DNA of 64,000 nucleotides, from IMG/VR virus record IMGVR_UViG_3300042473_001265, positions 1 through 64,000 of that record; one strand, given 5' to 3'. Shown here piece by piece: positions 48,555-59,200 of this stretch (position 1 is its first letter; each line of letters starts with the position of its first letter). The position numbers and the translations under genes were made by a program. The notes beneath the pieces are model-generated. The model was not told the origin of the DNA, did not search any database, and saw nothing but the letters and a program-made list of their open reading frames with translations.

Positions 48555-48755
48555 ATGAAAACATTATTAACATTAGTATTAGCCTCGGCATTTGCAATGC
48601 CAGTTATGGCAGCAGACGAAGCACCAAAAACTAAATTTGTATGCAAAGAAGTCAAAGACAGCAAGACAGGCAAATTTAAAAAACAATGTAAACAAATTAA
48701 GATACACAAAAAATACGAAGGCACTGCTGTTCCTGACAAAAAGTCTAAAAAGTAA
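48555..48755 (+). CDS. Small secreted basic protein
   Basis: Sec signal peptide; Cys pair. Confidence 0.65.
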   Translation: MKTLLTLVLASAFAMPVMAADEAPKTKFVCKEVKDSKTGKFKKQCKQIKIHKKYEGTAVPDKKSKK

Positions 48756-48766
48756 CAACTAACTCA

Positions 48767-48801
48767 GCAGTCAGCATAACTATTGTGTTGACTGCTTTTT
48801 T
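48767..48801 (+). terminator. Intrinsic terminator
   Basis: AGCAGTCAGCATAA...TGTGTTGACTGCT-TTTTT. Confidence 0.65.
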
Positions 48802-48812
48802 ACGACTTAAAT

Positions 48813-49601
48813 ATGGATCACTACAAAACACTTGATGTTGCCCGTACTGCCACTCCGGATGAAATAAAAAAAGCCTATCGCAAGCTGGCTTCTCAGCATC
48901 ATCCCGACAAAGGTGGCAACACTGCCAAGTTTCAAGAACTACAAACTGCTTACGACACCCTAAGCGATCCTGCCAAACGACAGCAATACGATAACCCTAG
49001 GCCCAATTTTGGACAACACCCGCATCCGGGCGGACAACAGTTTGACTTTGACACTATATTTGATGTGTTTGGCACTAGGTTTACTCAGAGCACTAGGCAG
49101 CGACCACAAACAGTCATCAGCAGAGTAGGACTGACCATCAGTCTAACTGACGTGGCCACTGGTGGCAAACGCACCATTGGGCTGGGCCACGGGCAAGCCA
49201 ACACTATCGAAATAGACATACCCGCAGGTATCAATCAAGGCGATAGTGTGCAGTACAAAGGCATTGCTCCGGGTGGTGGAGATTTGATAATAACATTCAG
49301 CGTTCGCGACGATCCCAAATGGCAACGGCAAGGAGCAAATTTACATACCGAACAGTTGGTGAATATTTGGGATCTGATTGTGGGTGGTGAATCTGTGGTC
49401 CGGGACCTGTTCAACGAAGAGATAACCATTCTAATACCGCGGGGCACACAGCCCGGTAGTAGATTACGGTTAAGGGGTCGTGGACTGCCCAGCAAAACTG
49501 GCCCAGGCGATATAATTGTGCAGGTACAGGCTGTTATTCCCGATCACATACCCGAAGATTTGTTAAATATGATAGAACAAAAACGAACAACTGTTGGTTG
49601 A
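48813..49601 (+). CDS. DnaJ/CbpA-type co-chaperone without zinc finger
   Basis: J domain with HPD; C-terminal IP.GTQPG..LRLRGRG. Confidence 0.9.
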   Translation: MDHYKTLDVARTATPDEIKKAYRKLASQHHPDKGGNTAKFQELQTAYDTLSDPAKRQQYDNPRPNFGQHPHPGGQQFDFDTIFDVFGTRFTQSTRQRPQTVISRVGLTISLTDVATGGKRTIGLGHGQANTIEIDIPAGINQGDSVQYKGIAPGGGDLIITFSVRDDPKWQRQGANLHTEQLVNIWDLIVGGESVVRDLFNEEITILIPRGTQPGSRLRLRGRGLPSKTGPGDIIVQVQAVIPDHIPEDLLNMIEQKRTTVG

Positions 49602-49655
49602 TCTAAAGTTTAGATCGTAGTATAATACTTTAATTGAATACTCACGAAAGACACA

Positions 49656-51929
49656 ATGCAAAATAATCCAGAAATCGATGCTGTAGTCAACAACGCCACT
49701 GCCATTGCTGTGGGACACAAACACGGATATGTGCTGACAGAACATGTGCTGCTGGCCATGGTACAGTATCCATCGTTCCGCAAAATACTAGAAAAATACG
49801 GAACACCAGTTGAACAACTAGAATCTGAATTGCACAACTACCTGCAGAGTCAAACCAGCCTGTTGACAGACCGCACAGATCCCCCACGCAAAACCAATGC
49901 ACTGGAGCGAGTGTTTAATCGGGCGCTGACACAGGTACTGTTCACGGGCCGTAGAACAATTACCTTGTTGGACTTGTATTTGGCCATGATGTCTGAAACC
50001 AACAGCCATGCACATTACTACTTGTTGAAGTATAATGTTCGCAAAACAGAATTTGCTGAATTCTTCCAAAAGAATTACAACATCACTGATGTGGAATTGA
50101 CCAGCGCCAAGGCCGACGAAATTCTTGAAGAACACTGTGTCAATTTGAGTCGCAGAGCAGCCGAAGGTCAACTTGAACCCATGATTGGGCGCACAGCCGA
50201 ACTGGAAGAAATGATCACTGTGCTGGCCCGCAAGTTCAAGGCCAATGTGCTGATGGTGGGCGATCCGGGTGTGGGCAAAACTGCCATCATTGACGGACTG
50301 GCACAAGAAATTCATGCTGGCTCTGTGCCAGAGTTTCTCAAAGGTGCAGAAGTTTGGGGACTGGAAATTGGATCCCTGTTGGCTGGCAGCAAGTATCGCG
50401 GCGAGTTTGAAGAAAAGTTCAAAGATGTTATCACAGCATTGAAAACCAAGAAGAACTGTGTGCTGTTCATTGACGAAGCACACACCATGATGGGTGCGGG
50501 TGCCAGTGGATCCAGCAGTCTGGACTTTGCCAACATGATCAAACCGGCCATCACCAGTGGCAACTTGAAAGTGATTGCCAGTACCACCTGGGAAGAATAC
50601 TACGAATCATTCGAGCGTGATCGTGCGCTAATGCGCCGTTTTCACAGAGTCACCATTGGTGAGCCGGATGCTGCCACCACTGAGCAGATCCTGATTGGCA
50701 TCAGCCCTAGACTGGAATCATTCCACAATGTGATGATTGACACAGACGCCATGTGTGCAGCAGTGGAACTGAGTGGACGCTACATACACGATCGTAAGAA
50801 TCCTGACAAGTCAATTGATCTGCTGGACGGTGCCTGTGCTGCACAGCGAGTGTTGGATCAAGGCACAGTCACAGTGAACAAACACATGATCATGGCACAG
50901 GTCAGCCGTGTGACCAGTATTCCACTGGACCGCTTGCAAAACGAACGCAGTATCAAAATTACCGAACTTGAAAGCAATGTCAAACAATTCCTGTACGGGC
51001 AGGATGCAGCAATTGACACTGTGCTGGAACGAGTGTACATCAACTTCTCTGGCATTGGCAATCCCAAAAAGCCGGTGGCCAGCTTTTTGTTCCTGGGTCC
51101 AACTGGCACAGGCAAAACAGAATTGGCCAAGCTGCTGGCAGAGAATCTTGACATGCACCTGCTGAAATATGACATGAGCGAGTTTCAGGAAAAGCACAGC
51201 ATTGCCAGCTTGATTGGTGCACCGCCGGGCTATGTGGGCTTTGATGACGGCAATGTGGGCGGCGGCAAATTGATCAGTGACATATCCAAGAACCCATTCA
51301 GTGTGCTGCTGTTTGATGAAATTGAAAAGGCACATCCTGACGTGGTCAACATCATGTTGCAGATGCTGGACGAAGCCAAAATTACTGGCAGCAGTGGCAA
51401 ATCAGTTGATGTTAAAAACTGCATCATCATCATGACCAGTAATTTAGGTGCCAGAGACAATGAAAACAACAACATTGGCTTTGGCAAATCGTTGGAAAAA
51501 TACGGCGAAGAAGATCGTGCAATGAAAGACTTCTTCAAGCCGGAACTGCGTAACCGCATTGATGCTGTGTGCAAGTTCAACAAGTTGGATCCATTGGCCA
51601 TCAAGAAAGTTGTGGTCAAGTTCACACGAGAACTACAGCAGAGCCTGTACGCCAAGAACATCAAGCTGATGTTTGATGAAAGTGTTATCAACATGCTGTC
51701 GGAAAAAGGATACGATCCCAAGATGGGTGCTAGACCGCTGAGTCGCAAGATTGACGAACTGATTCGTGTTCCGCTCAGCAAGCGCATACTGTTTGATCAG
51801 ATCAAAGACTGTTCTATATTGGCCATCATGGTTGCTGACGAGCTGATGTTTGTGACCAAACCGCTGACTGGTCCCCTGCCAATTGTGGACGGAAAAGGAT
51901 ATATTTTACTCGATGCCCCTGCTGTCTGA
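49656..51929 (+). CDS. clpA: ClpA-like AAA+ unfoldase
   Basis: Clp N domain, GDPGVGKT, GPTGTGKT, DMSEF.EKH, IGF loop; no ClpB middle domain. Confidence 0.88.
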   Translation: MQNNPEIDAVVNNATAIAVGHKHGYVLTEHVLLAMVQYPSFRKILEKYGTPVEQLESELHNYLQSQTSLLTDRTDPPRKTNALERVFNRALTQVLFTGRRTITLLDLYLAMMSETNSHAHYYLLKYNVRKTEFAEFFQKNYNITDVELTSAKADEILEEHCVNLSRRAAEGQLEPMIGRTAELEEMITVLARKFKANVLMVGDPGVGKTAIIDGLAQEIHAGSVPEFLKGAEVWGLEIGSLLAGSKYRGEFEEKFKDVITALKTKKNCVLFIDEAHTMMGAGASGSSSLDFANMIKPAITSGNLKVIASTTWEEYYESFERDRALMRRFHRVTIGEPDAATTEQILIGISPRLESFHNVMIDTDAMCAAVELSGRYIHDRKNPDKSIDLLDGACAAQRVLDQGTVTVNKHMIMAQVSRVTSIPLDRLQNERSIKITELESNVKQFLYGQDAAIDTVLERVYINFSGIGNPKKPVASFLFLGPTGTGKTELAKLLAENLDMHLLKYDMSEFQEKHSIASLIGAPPGYVGFDDGNVGGGKLISDISKNPFSVLLFDEIEKAHPDVVNIMLQMLDEAKITGSSGKSVDVKNCIIIMTSNLGARDNENNNIGFGKSLEKYGEEDRAMKDFFKPELRNRIDAVCKFNKLDPLAIKKVVVKFTRELQQSLYAKNIKLMFDESVINMLSEKGYDPKMGARPLSRKIDELIRVPLSKRILFDQIKDCSILAIMVADELMFVTKPLTGPLPIVDGKGYILLDAPAV

Positions 51930-52572
51930 ATTTCAATCCGTCAGTAGAGATCGCTTATTTTTCGATCAATACAGGTATTGCATGACCGCTGGCCTTAGCG
52001 AAGCCACTTGTCTGCGACGGCTCACACACAAGTGGATAGATGAAGTGGTACAGATGCGCCGCACCTATCACACCCCCCTGCTGTCTGCCAGAAACCCCGG
52101 CATGCCCGCTGATGTAATTGACAATTTACACAAAATTTGTCAACTGCTGATAGACACTGCATATCCTTTCAAATTGCTAGTGGAATGGGGCAACATTCGT
52201 CTGTACACAAACGATGCTGTGTTGTTTGATCAGTTGTTGGCTGTGGGTCATTTTGCATGGGTCAATTATAAACAGGCCGTGATTGATCGTGTGCGAGACA
52301 CTGTGACATTGAAGAATCCACAACATCAGTATCGCAGCTATTTTGCAAGAGCAAAACTGACCGATCAGCAAAAGCAATCGATTGTGCAGTTCTTAAACAA
52401 TAACCGTGCTGATTTCAGACTGAGTCCCTGTTTGGCCGATTGGACAACACAGCCGTTCAAATGGACAGAACCTTACTATTTCATTGATCATAATGACGCT
52501 GCTTGTTTGACCATGTTGAGCTTGATCAACTCTCGTTTGATAAAAAAGACAAATACCATCGTACAAGGATAA
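51913..52572 (+). CDS. Hypothetical protein
   Basis: Long ORF overlapping the clpA end. Confidence 0.65.
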   Translation: MPLLSEFQSVSRDRLFFDQYRYCMTAGLSEATCLRRLTHKWIDEVVQMRRTYHTPLLSARNPGMPADVIDNLHKICQLLIDTAYPFKLLVEWGNIRLYTNDAVLFDQLLAVGHFAWVNYKQAVIDRVRDTVTLKNPQHQYRSYFARAKLTDQQKQSIVQFLNNNRADFRLSPCLADWTTQPFKWTEPYYFIDHNDAACLTMLSLINSRLIKKTNTIVQG

Positions 52573-52582
52573 GTAATACACT

Positions 52583-52747
52583 ATGGCAAAAATACACGAA
52601 GAAACAGTTGTGATCACACTGAGCAAGTTGGTCAAAGATAGCGATACTGGCACGGAAATTGTCAGCAACGACATTGTGGCAGCCCTGCAAAGTGTAACCG
52701 AAGAACTGCTGGGCGCAGGCATTGTGGTGGAAGTTGTGAGAGCATAA
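52583..52747 (+). CDS. Small hypothetical protein
   Basis: Read manually: MAKIHEETVVITLSKLVKD; TAAGTA at 52570. Confidence 0.65.
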   Translation: MAKIHEETVVITLSKLVKDSDTGTEIVSNDIVAALQSVTEELLGAGIVVEVVRA

Positions 52748-52748
52748 C

Positions 52749-53123
52749 ATGTCTATGACCACACTGACCTTGTTGAGCAATGTAGTTGTGGGCACTCCCA
52801 ACGGCAATTACGATGGCAGCACCACATTCTTTGAAAGTGACCCAGTCAAAGGGGTGGGCTATTATCAGGGTCAGGGCAGTTTACAAACTATATTTGTAAC
52901 AGTAACCAACTTTCCCGGTTCAATGAAATTTCAGGCAACATTGGATTTTGATCCAGTCACTGCCCACTGGTTTGACGTGTATGATCTCACTGACGATTCA
53001 ACAGAATTTCGTTTGCCTGTAAACTTGACTGGCAATTACACATGGCTCAAAGCAGTGGTCACTGGGTTTGAAAACGACGGATCCACGGTGGCCGAGATCA
53101 ACACAGTGGCTGTCACTTACTGA
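52749..53123 (+). CDS. Hypothetical beta-rich protein
   Basis: Gene packing. Confidence 0.65.
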   Translation: MSMTTLTLLSNVVVGTPNGNYDGSTTFFESDPVKGVGYYQGQGSLQTIFVTVTNFPGSMKFQATLDFDPVTAHWFDVYDLTDDSTEFRLPVNLTGNYTWLKAVVTGFENDGSTVAEINTVAVTY

Positions 53124-53124
53124 T

Positions 53125-53559
53125 ATGAACACAACATCAATCACATTTGACCTAGACAGCACTGATTACACTGCTCGATTGGCGTTTGAAGTGTTGTTAA
53201 ACGACACGGTTGTGTTTGCCACAGAGCATGTTACACAACCCACCGCTGTTGAGATCAACATTGCCGATGACGAAGGCGAGCATGAACTTAAATTTGTGCT
53301 GAAAAATAAAACACAAGATCACACCGTTATTGACGAAAACGGCAACATCATCAGTGATGCTGTGTTGTCAATTGCCAATGTAGCAATGGACGAGATCAAG
53401 CTGGGACACATGTTCTTTGAACAAACAGTCTATCATCATGACACCAATGGATCTCAATTGTTTGTTAAGGACAAGTTTTTTGGTGTTATGGGTTGCAATG
53501 GATATGTGAGTTTAAAATTCTCTACTCCGCTTTTCCTATGGTTGTTGGAAAACATGTAA
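53125..53559 (+). CDS. Hypothetical protein
   Basis: Ends FSTPLFLWLLENM. Confidence 0.65.
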   Translation: MNTTSITFDLDSTDYTARLAFEVLLNDTVVFATEHVTQPTAVEINIADDEGEHELKFVLKNKTQDHTVIDENGNIISDAVLSIANVAMDEIKLGHMFFEQTVYHHDTNGSQLFVKDKFFGVMGCNGYVSLKFSTPLFLWLLENM

Positions 53560-53575
53560 GCATAAATATGCTACA

Positions 53576-54352
53576 ATGAATTATCTTGTAATCTACCCTG
53601 GTCGTTTTCATCCATTTCACCGCGGTCATATGGCCAGTTATGATTGGCTGACTAAAAAGTTTGGAGAAAATAGCGTGTATATTGCCACCAGCAATGTGCA
53701 GGCACCCATCACCAGTCCGTTCAATTACAGTGACAAAGTGATGATGATGACCAAGTTGGGTGTTCCGGCTAGCCACATTGCCAATGTGAAGAATCCTTAT
53801 CAAGCAACAGAAATCACTGGTAATCTGTCCGACGACGAAAAAAACAAAACAGCATTGGTATTTGCAGTCAGTGCCAAAGACGCTGAACGCTTCAACTTTG
53901 CTCCAAAAAAAGACGGCACGCCAGGTTATTTGCAACCACTGCCCAAGACTGGCAAAGGCGTAAAGCCCATGACCAAACACGGTTATGTGGCCATCACTCC
54001 CACCATCAACTTCCAAGTAAACGGAGTAGATGCCAACAGTGCCAGTGAAATACGCAGCATGTATATCAAAGGCAATGACCATGACAAGGATCAGGTCATT
54101 GCTGATCTGTACGGACAACCAGATCCGGCAATTCGAGCAATGTTTGATAAAAAGTTAGGCATTGGTGAGCAGATACAACAGCAGATCAACGAAGCACGCC
54201 GCAGTGTTGGCGCTGGCAGACAGTTTGGTAAAACTCAGCTTGCAGAATGGATGCAAAATGTGTTACAATTAGAAAAACAAGCAAACAGTATTGATCTTGA
54301 TTTTTCCCACATCAACCCAGATTATATAGACGAAAAAACTTATAATCGTTAA
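53576..54352 (+). CDS. HxGH nucleotidyltransferase-like late protein
   Basis: YPGRFHPFHRGH, SPF, SASEIR; TAAATA at 53563. Confidence 0.75.
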   Translation: MNYLVIYPGRFHPFHRGHMASYDWLTKKFGENSVYIATSNVQAPITSPFNYSDKVMMMTKLGVPASHIANVKNPYQATEITGNLSDDEKNKTALVFAVSAKDAERFNFAPKKDGTPGYLQPLPKTGKGVKPMTKHGYVAITPTINFQVNGVDANSASEIRSMYIKGNDHDKDQVIADLYGQPDPAIRAMFDKKLGIGEQIQQQINEARRSVGAGRQFGKTQLAEWMQNVLQLEKQANSIDLDFSHINPDYIDEKTYNR

Positions 54353-54364
54353 CGCACAACAAAC

Positions 54365-55240
54365 ATGAAGATAGCAGTAGCAAGTGACATTCACCTAGAG
54401 TTCGGTGACTTGGAAATCGTCAATGACCAAAACGCACAAGTCTTGATATTGTCCGGCGACATCCTTGTGGCCCGGGACATTACGCAACAGGATCCGTATG
54501 GAATAATGGGTCCAGAATATCGCAGCAATCGTTATCATGACTTTATGCAACGCTGCTCTGCACAGTTTCCGCATGTGATCTACATCATGGGCAATCATGA
54601 GCACTACAACGGAGACTTTGCCACAACAGAAAAACACCTAAAAGATGTGTTGGGCTACCTCAAAAATGTGCATGTGTTGGAAAAAGAAACAGTGGTCATT
54701 GATGACATCACTTTCATTGGCGGCACACTGTGGACCGACATGAATCGTGAAGACTCACTCACACTGTACCACATGAGCAGCATGATGAACGATTTTAGGA
54801 TCATCAGCAACAGCACCAGAAATGTCAATTATAGAACCTTTGATGATGTTGACAATCCCGACAAACCAACTTTTAAAACTCGGCCAGCTAGATTCAGCCC
54901 AGAGGATTCTGTAGAACAACATCGTCAATCTGTGGCCTACATTCAGCACTGTGTCGAAGGTCGAGCAGATCAAAAGTTTGTGGTGGCAGGGCATCATGCA
55001 CCCAGCAGACTCAGCACACATGCACAGTATGCCAATGCGACTTTGATGAACGGTGCCTACAGTTCTGAGCTGGATGCGTTTATTGAAGATCATCCGCAGA
55101 TTCGACTGTGGACGCACGGGCACACACATCACCCATTTGACTACACAATTGGCAAAACCAGAGTGTTATGCAATCCACGCGGCTACATCAATCACGAACC
55201 TGCTGCCAGTGATTTCAAACTGCTCACAGTGGAAGTGTGA
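54365..55240 (+). CDS. Calcineurin-like metallophosphoesterase
   Basis: SDIHLE, GDI, GNHEHY, HHAPS, HGHTH, NPRGY. Confidence 0.9.
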   Translation: MKIAVASDIHLEFGDLEIVNDQNAQVLILSGDILVARDITQQDPYGIMGPEYRSNRYHDFMQRCSAQFPHVIYIMGNHEHYNGDFATTEKHLKDVLGYLKNVHVLEKETVVIDDITFIGGTLWTDMNREDSLTLYHMSSMMNDFRIISNSTRNVNYRTFDDVDNPDKPTFKTRPARFSPEDSVEQHRQSVAYIQHCVEGRADQKFVVAGHHAPSRLSTHAQYANATLMNGAYSSELDAFIEDHPQIRLWTHGHTHHPFDYTIGKTRVLCNPRGYINHEPAASDFKLLTVEV

Positions 55241-55306
55241 TTGGCAAAGAAATTTTGCCAGTGGCACAACACATATTAAATATTGCTAACCAACTTTAAG
55301 GAAAAC

Positions 55307-56173
55307 ATGGCTGACGCACAACCAACAACAGAATTGCCCTCAACTCCCGTCGGCGGGCAACAACAAATCCAAGTAAACATTGACTACTTGAAAACCACGC
55401 GAGTACACATCTGTATGCCATGCTATGGCGGTCAGTTAACTGAAAGCACATTCATGAGCTATATCAAATGGAGCAACACTGCACGCCAGTTGGGCATTGA
55501 TTGGACCATGGAAACGCTCACAAACGAAAGTTTGATCAGTCGTGCCCGTAACACACTCACTGCTAAGTTTTTGCACAACAAAGACAGCACACACCTGTTG
55601 TTTATTGATGCTGACATTGGCTTTGAACCCTGGCATATTTTGGTGTTGTTGAACCGACAAGTTGATGTGATCGGCGGCCTGTATCCAATGAAGAGCCTGC
55701 CCATCAAATGGTGTGTAAACGGCATCGAAGGCGGAGAAGAAGGCACCGACGGCCTGCAGGAAGTGAGCAAAACTGGTACAGGATTCTTGTTGATCAAGCG
55801 TGATGTTTTTGAAAAACTAAATGCACACCCTGCTACTAAACCATTTATCAATGACATTGGCTTGTCTGCAGAACTCAACCCCTACATGAAAACCTACTTT
55901 GACACAGCAGTGCGTGAGAATCGCTACTATAGTGAAGACTGGACATTCTGTGAAAACTGGCGTGATCTAGGTGGTAAGGTCTGGGTAGACAAGCGTGTGT
56001 TGTTGCGCCATACAGGCACATATACTTTTGCTCACGAAGCACAAGAAACGCTGATTGACGCATTTACGCCCAATGTGCTGGCAAAACAATCGGCCCTGGC
56101 AGCCCAGGTTGCAACTGCTACACCTGCTGTGGCAGAAACCAAAGTTATTGCTGCCAGCAAGAAAAAGAAATAA
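55307..56173 (+). CDS. GT-A fold glycosyltransferase-like protein
   Basis: PCYGG, SLISRARN, LFIDADI, GTGFLLIKR.VF, SEDW.FC, H.G. Confidence 0.8.
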   Translation: MADAQPTTELPSTPVGGQQQIQVNIDYLKTTRVHICMPCYGGQLTESTFMSYIKWSNTARQLGIDWTMETLTNESLISRARNTLTAKFLHNKDSTHLLFIDADIGFEPWHILVLLNRQVDVIGGLYPMKSLPIKWCVNGIEGGEEGTDGLQEVSKTGTGFLLIKRDVFEKLNAHPATKPFINDIGLSAELNPYMKTYFDTAVRENRYYSEDWTFCENWRDLGGKVWVDKRVLLRHTGTYTFAHEAQETLIDAFTPNVLAKQSALAAQVATATPAVAETKVIAASKKKK

Positions 56174-56193
56174 AACAAACTGCAACACTCCAC

Positions 56194-56217
56194 AAAGCCA
56201 CTTTAACAGTGGCTTTT
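56194..56217 (+). terminator. Intrinsic terminator
   Basis: AAAGCCAC-tttaaca-GTGGCTTTT. Confidence 0.7.
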
Positions 56218-56227
56218 CCATTTGCGC

Positions 56228-56233
56228 TAAATA
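56228..56233 (+). promoter_or_regulatory. Late-type promoter motif TAAATA (representative copy)
   Basis: Same motif precedes many structural and lysis genes (20665, 23149, 24054, 30852, 39990, 46528, 53563); resembles T4 TATAAATA. Confidence 0.65.
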
Positions 56234-56240
56234 TTACATA

Positions 56241-59200
56241 ATGAATATTCTTGAACTTGATTCCTACAATTTGGCCGACGCTGTTAAGTTTAACCAGCGT
56301 TTGAATCCGCGTCTGTGGGACAACAACGAACAGTTACGGCCCGAAGTGCATGATCATTTGCTGCAAATAGCTGATGATTTCCGCGAGTTTTTAGGAGTAA
56401 GCGGATACGATCTCAAAGATATAACCATCAGCGGATCCAATGCTGCGTACACATACACTCCCAATTCTGACATCGATCTACACCTGGTGGTTGATTTGCC
56501 CGAAGCTGACAACAGCGAAGTGTATCGCGAACTGTTTGATGCTAAAAAGTTTCAATACAACCAACAGCACAACATCACCATTGGCAGTCATCCTGTGGAA
56601 CTGTATGTACAAGATGCTAATAAAACACATGTGAGTCAAGGCATTTACAGTGTGTTGAACAATCAATGGATTGATGTGCCCAAGCGTAGAGATGCTGGAG
56701 TAGATGACATATCCACTCGCAGCAAATACGAAGATTTGGCTGCACGAATTGATAGTGCTGTTGCATCTGGTGATCATGATGACATGGCCAAATTGATGAG
56801 CAAAATCAAAGCCATGCGACAAGCCGGACTGAATCAGCATGGCGAGTTTGGTGCAGATAATCTAGCATTCAAAATGCTGCGCAACCAAGGCGCTATCAAA
56901 CGATTGATTGACGCTAGAAACGCTGCCAGAGACCGGGAGTTGAGCCTGCGTGAGCGTGAAATAGTTGTTAAACGACCATTCACATACGGATTCAAAACTG
57001 AAGATGTCAGCAGCAATCCCAGTGGTGTGAGCCCCGAAACAAAAATGTTCTTAAGCGAAAAGCCCGCAGCCAGTGTCGTTGACATTGTGTCATCGTTCAT
57101 TGATTACTGTGTGGAGCAGTTGGGCATTGAGCAACCGCCTCAAGTGAAGTTCAAGAAGGATCCGCAGTGGAGCGCTCGTAACAAAACTTTTGGCCGTTAC
57201 AATTCTGACCATAATCTATTGGAAGTGAGCCTAGCTGGACGCCATGTGATGGACATATTGCGCACAGTGGCACATGAACTCACCCACACCAGACAACACG
57301 AAATAGAAACAGTGCCAGACACTGCCGGCGCCACTGGTAGCCGATGGGAAAATCAAGCCAACGCCCAGGCCGGTGTGCTGATGCGTGACTATGCCGAACA
57401 GCATCCGGAGTTTTTCAACGATGACGGGTTAGAAGAAGGTATCCGGGACAAGTTAGCCACGGCTGCATTGGCAGCATGTGTTGCTGGTTCACCAGGCTGC
57501 GCCACAACCACTCCGATCAACACTGGCGCTGACGCTGTGAAGGCTGCTGTGCGAGCCAGCCAATTGACTCGTGCTGGGTTGGAACACGGAGCAAAACAAG
57601 AACTTAAGAATGTGCTGCGCCGTGGTGCAAATGCCAATGAAAGTTCTGGTTATATTCCAACAAAAAAACAAGCTAGAGATCCACGCTTTAGCATGGCTCT
57701 TACAAAAGATGTACAACCTGGTGCCACAGGTCGAGAAGCCAACAAATTAAACCTTCGCACAGACACGCAAGGCAAGCCGGCACTGTTGATGAAGACTGCC
57801 AACCTGCGTGAAGATCGCATGCAGCGGCAACGGACTGACCCCACATACAATGTGGCTGAAGATGACTTGTCCGAAGTTGATCGCCGGGCTGCGTTAAAAG
57901 CGTTGGGTGCAGGCGCAATGGCTGCTGCGGTACCGGGCGTGGCCAAAGCCGGACCTTTTGTGGATGTTGCTGCCCTAGGAAACACCAATCCTGACCAGTT
58001 CAACAAAGTATGGGTGCCCAGGTACAAAGAACTCACTACTCGATGCCAAGACATCCTGCGCCAATTGATTGCAGCAGCAGGCCCCAAATGGGCGCCGCTG
58101 TTGAAAGGCACTACCATTCGTGTAGTCTCAAGTGAAAATTATGCACAGGCCAGTGCAATTTCGCGCACCATCACTATTGATCTTTCGGTGTTCTGGGATG
58201 CTCCAGATGCGGCCTTGGCATTTACCATAGCACATGAGCTGGGACACATTGCCCTGGAACATGCCACTGGTACCGATGATGCGTCAGCGGACTACAAGAC
58301 TCAAGTACGAGTGGCTGCACAGTATCGGCAAGGCGAACTAGACGCAGACGAGTTCGCAGTGCGCCTGTGCAAGACACTGGGCTACAACAAGGCCGAAGTA
58401 TTCAAATTCATTGCCAAGAACGAAGCAGAATTGCAACTGTTGGATGTTCTGACACAGTCACCTACCAGCAGTCACCCCAGCCAAAAGACACGAATTGAAC
58501 GAGCCAGGATGAATGGGTTTCAGTTGAGCCGGGGCGGCATCGAACAGATGAATGTGTTGAAGCAACACCTGGCCGAAGATGACACTGAACACCGTGATAT
58601 AGTCAACCGCCTGAGTCGTGAACTGAAACTGTATGAAGATCAGGACCTGTTTGAAATCAACATGAGTCCCACAAATCTAAAGAAACTGGCAGCACAAACA
58701 GGCGCCATGGCTGGCATGGAATTTGAGATGATTGTGCCCGGTGCTGATGGCGGCGACGATGCTGCGGATATGGAACCCGACTACGACGCCGACGAAAATG
58801 TCATGAGCATCGAAGATGCAGCGCAGTTCTTTTTTGACGGTGACTTCAACGGTCGAAGAGACATTCAACGCCTGCGTGACAGCATGAGCGAAGATTATCA
58901 GACATGGCTAGGCGATGCATGGATGGAGTATTTTGAAACCTACAAAAACACCATTGTGTTTAGATACGGCAAAGAAAATTGGTCAGAGGCAGACATTGCT
59001 GAAATATTGGGCCTGGACGAAGCCGCAGCAGAAGCGTTGGAAAATCGTGGAGCAAGCCCTGAAGATTACATGGACGCTGCCGAAAAAGTCATTGAAGACG
59101 GTTTGGATCCCTGGCTGAATGATGCGCAGGAAGATGCACAAGAAGACTATTACAATGATGATCATGAAGAGGATTGGCTGAGAAGTGAAGGCATTCGCTC

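Noticed and set aside
56055-56240. N-terminal 62 aa of the 1509-aa ORF call
   Set aside because: It overlaps the upstream gene and its terminator; the ATG at 56241 after TAAATA is the better start. The 60425 and 62650 extensions were trimmed for similar reasons.
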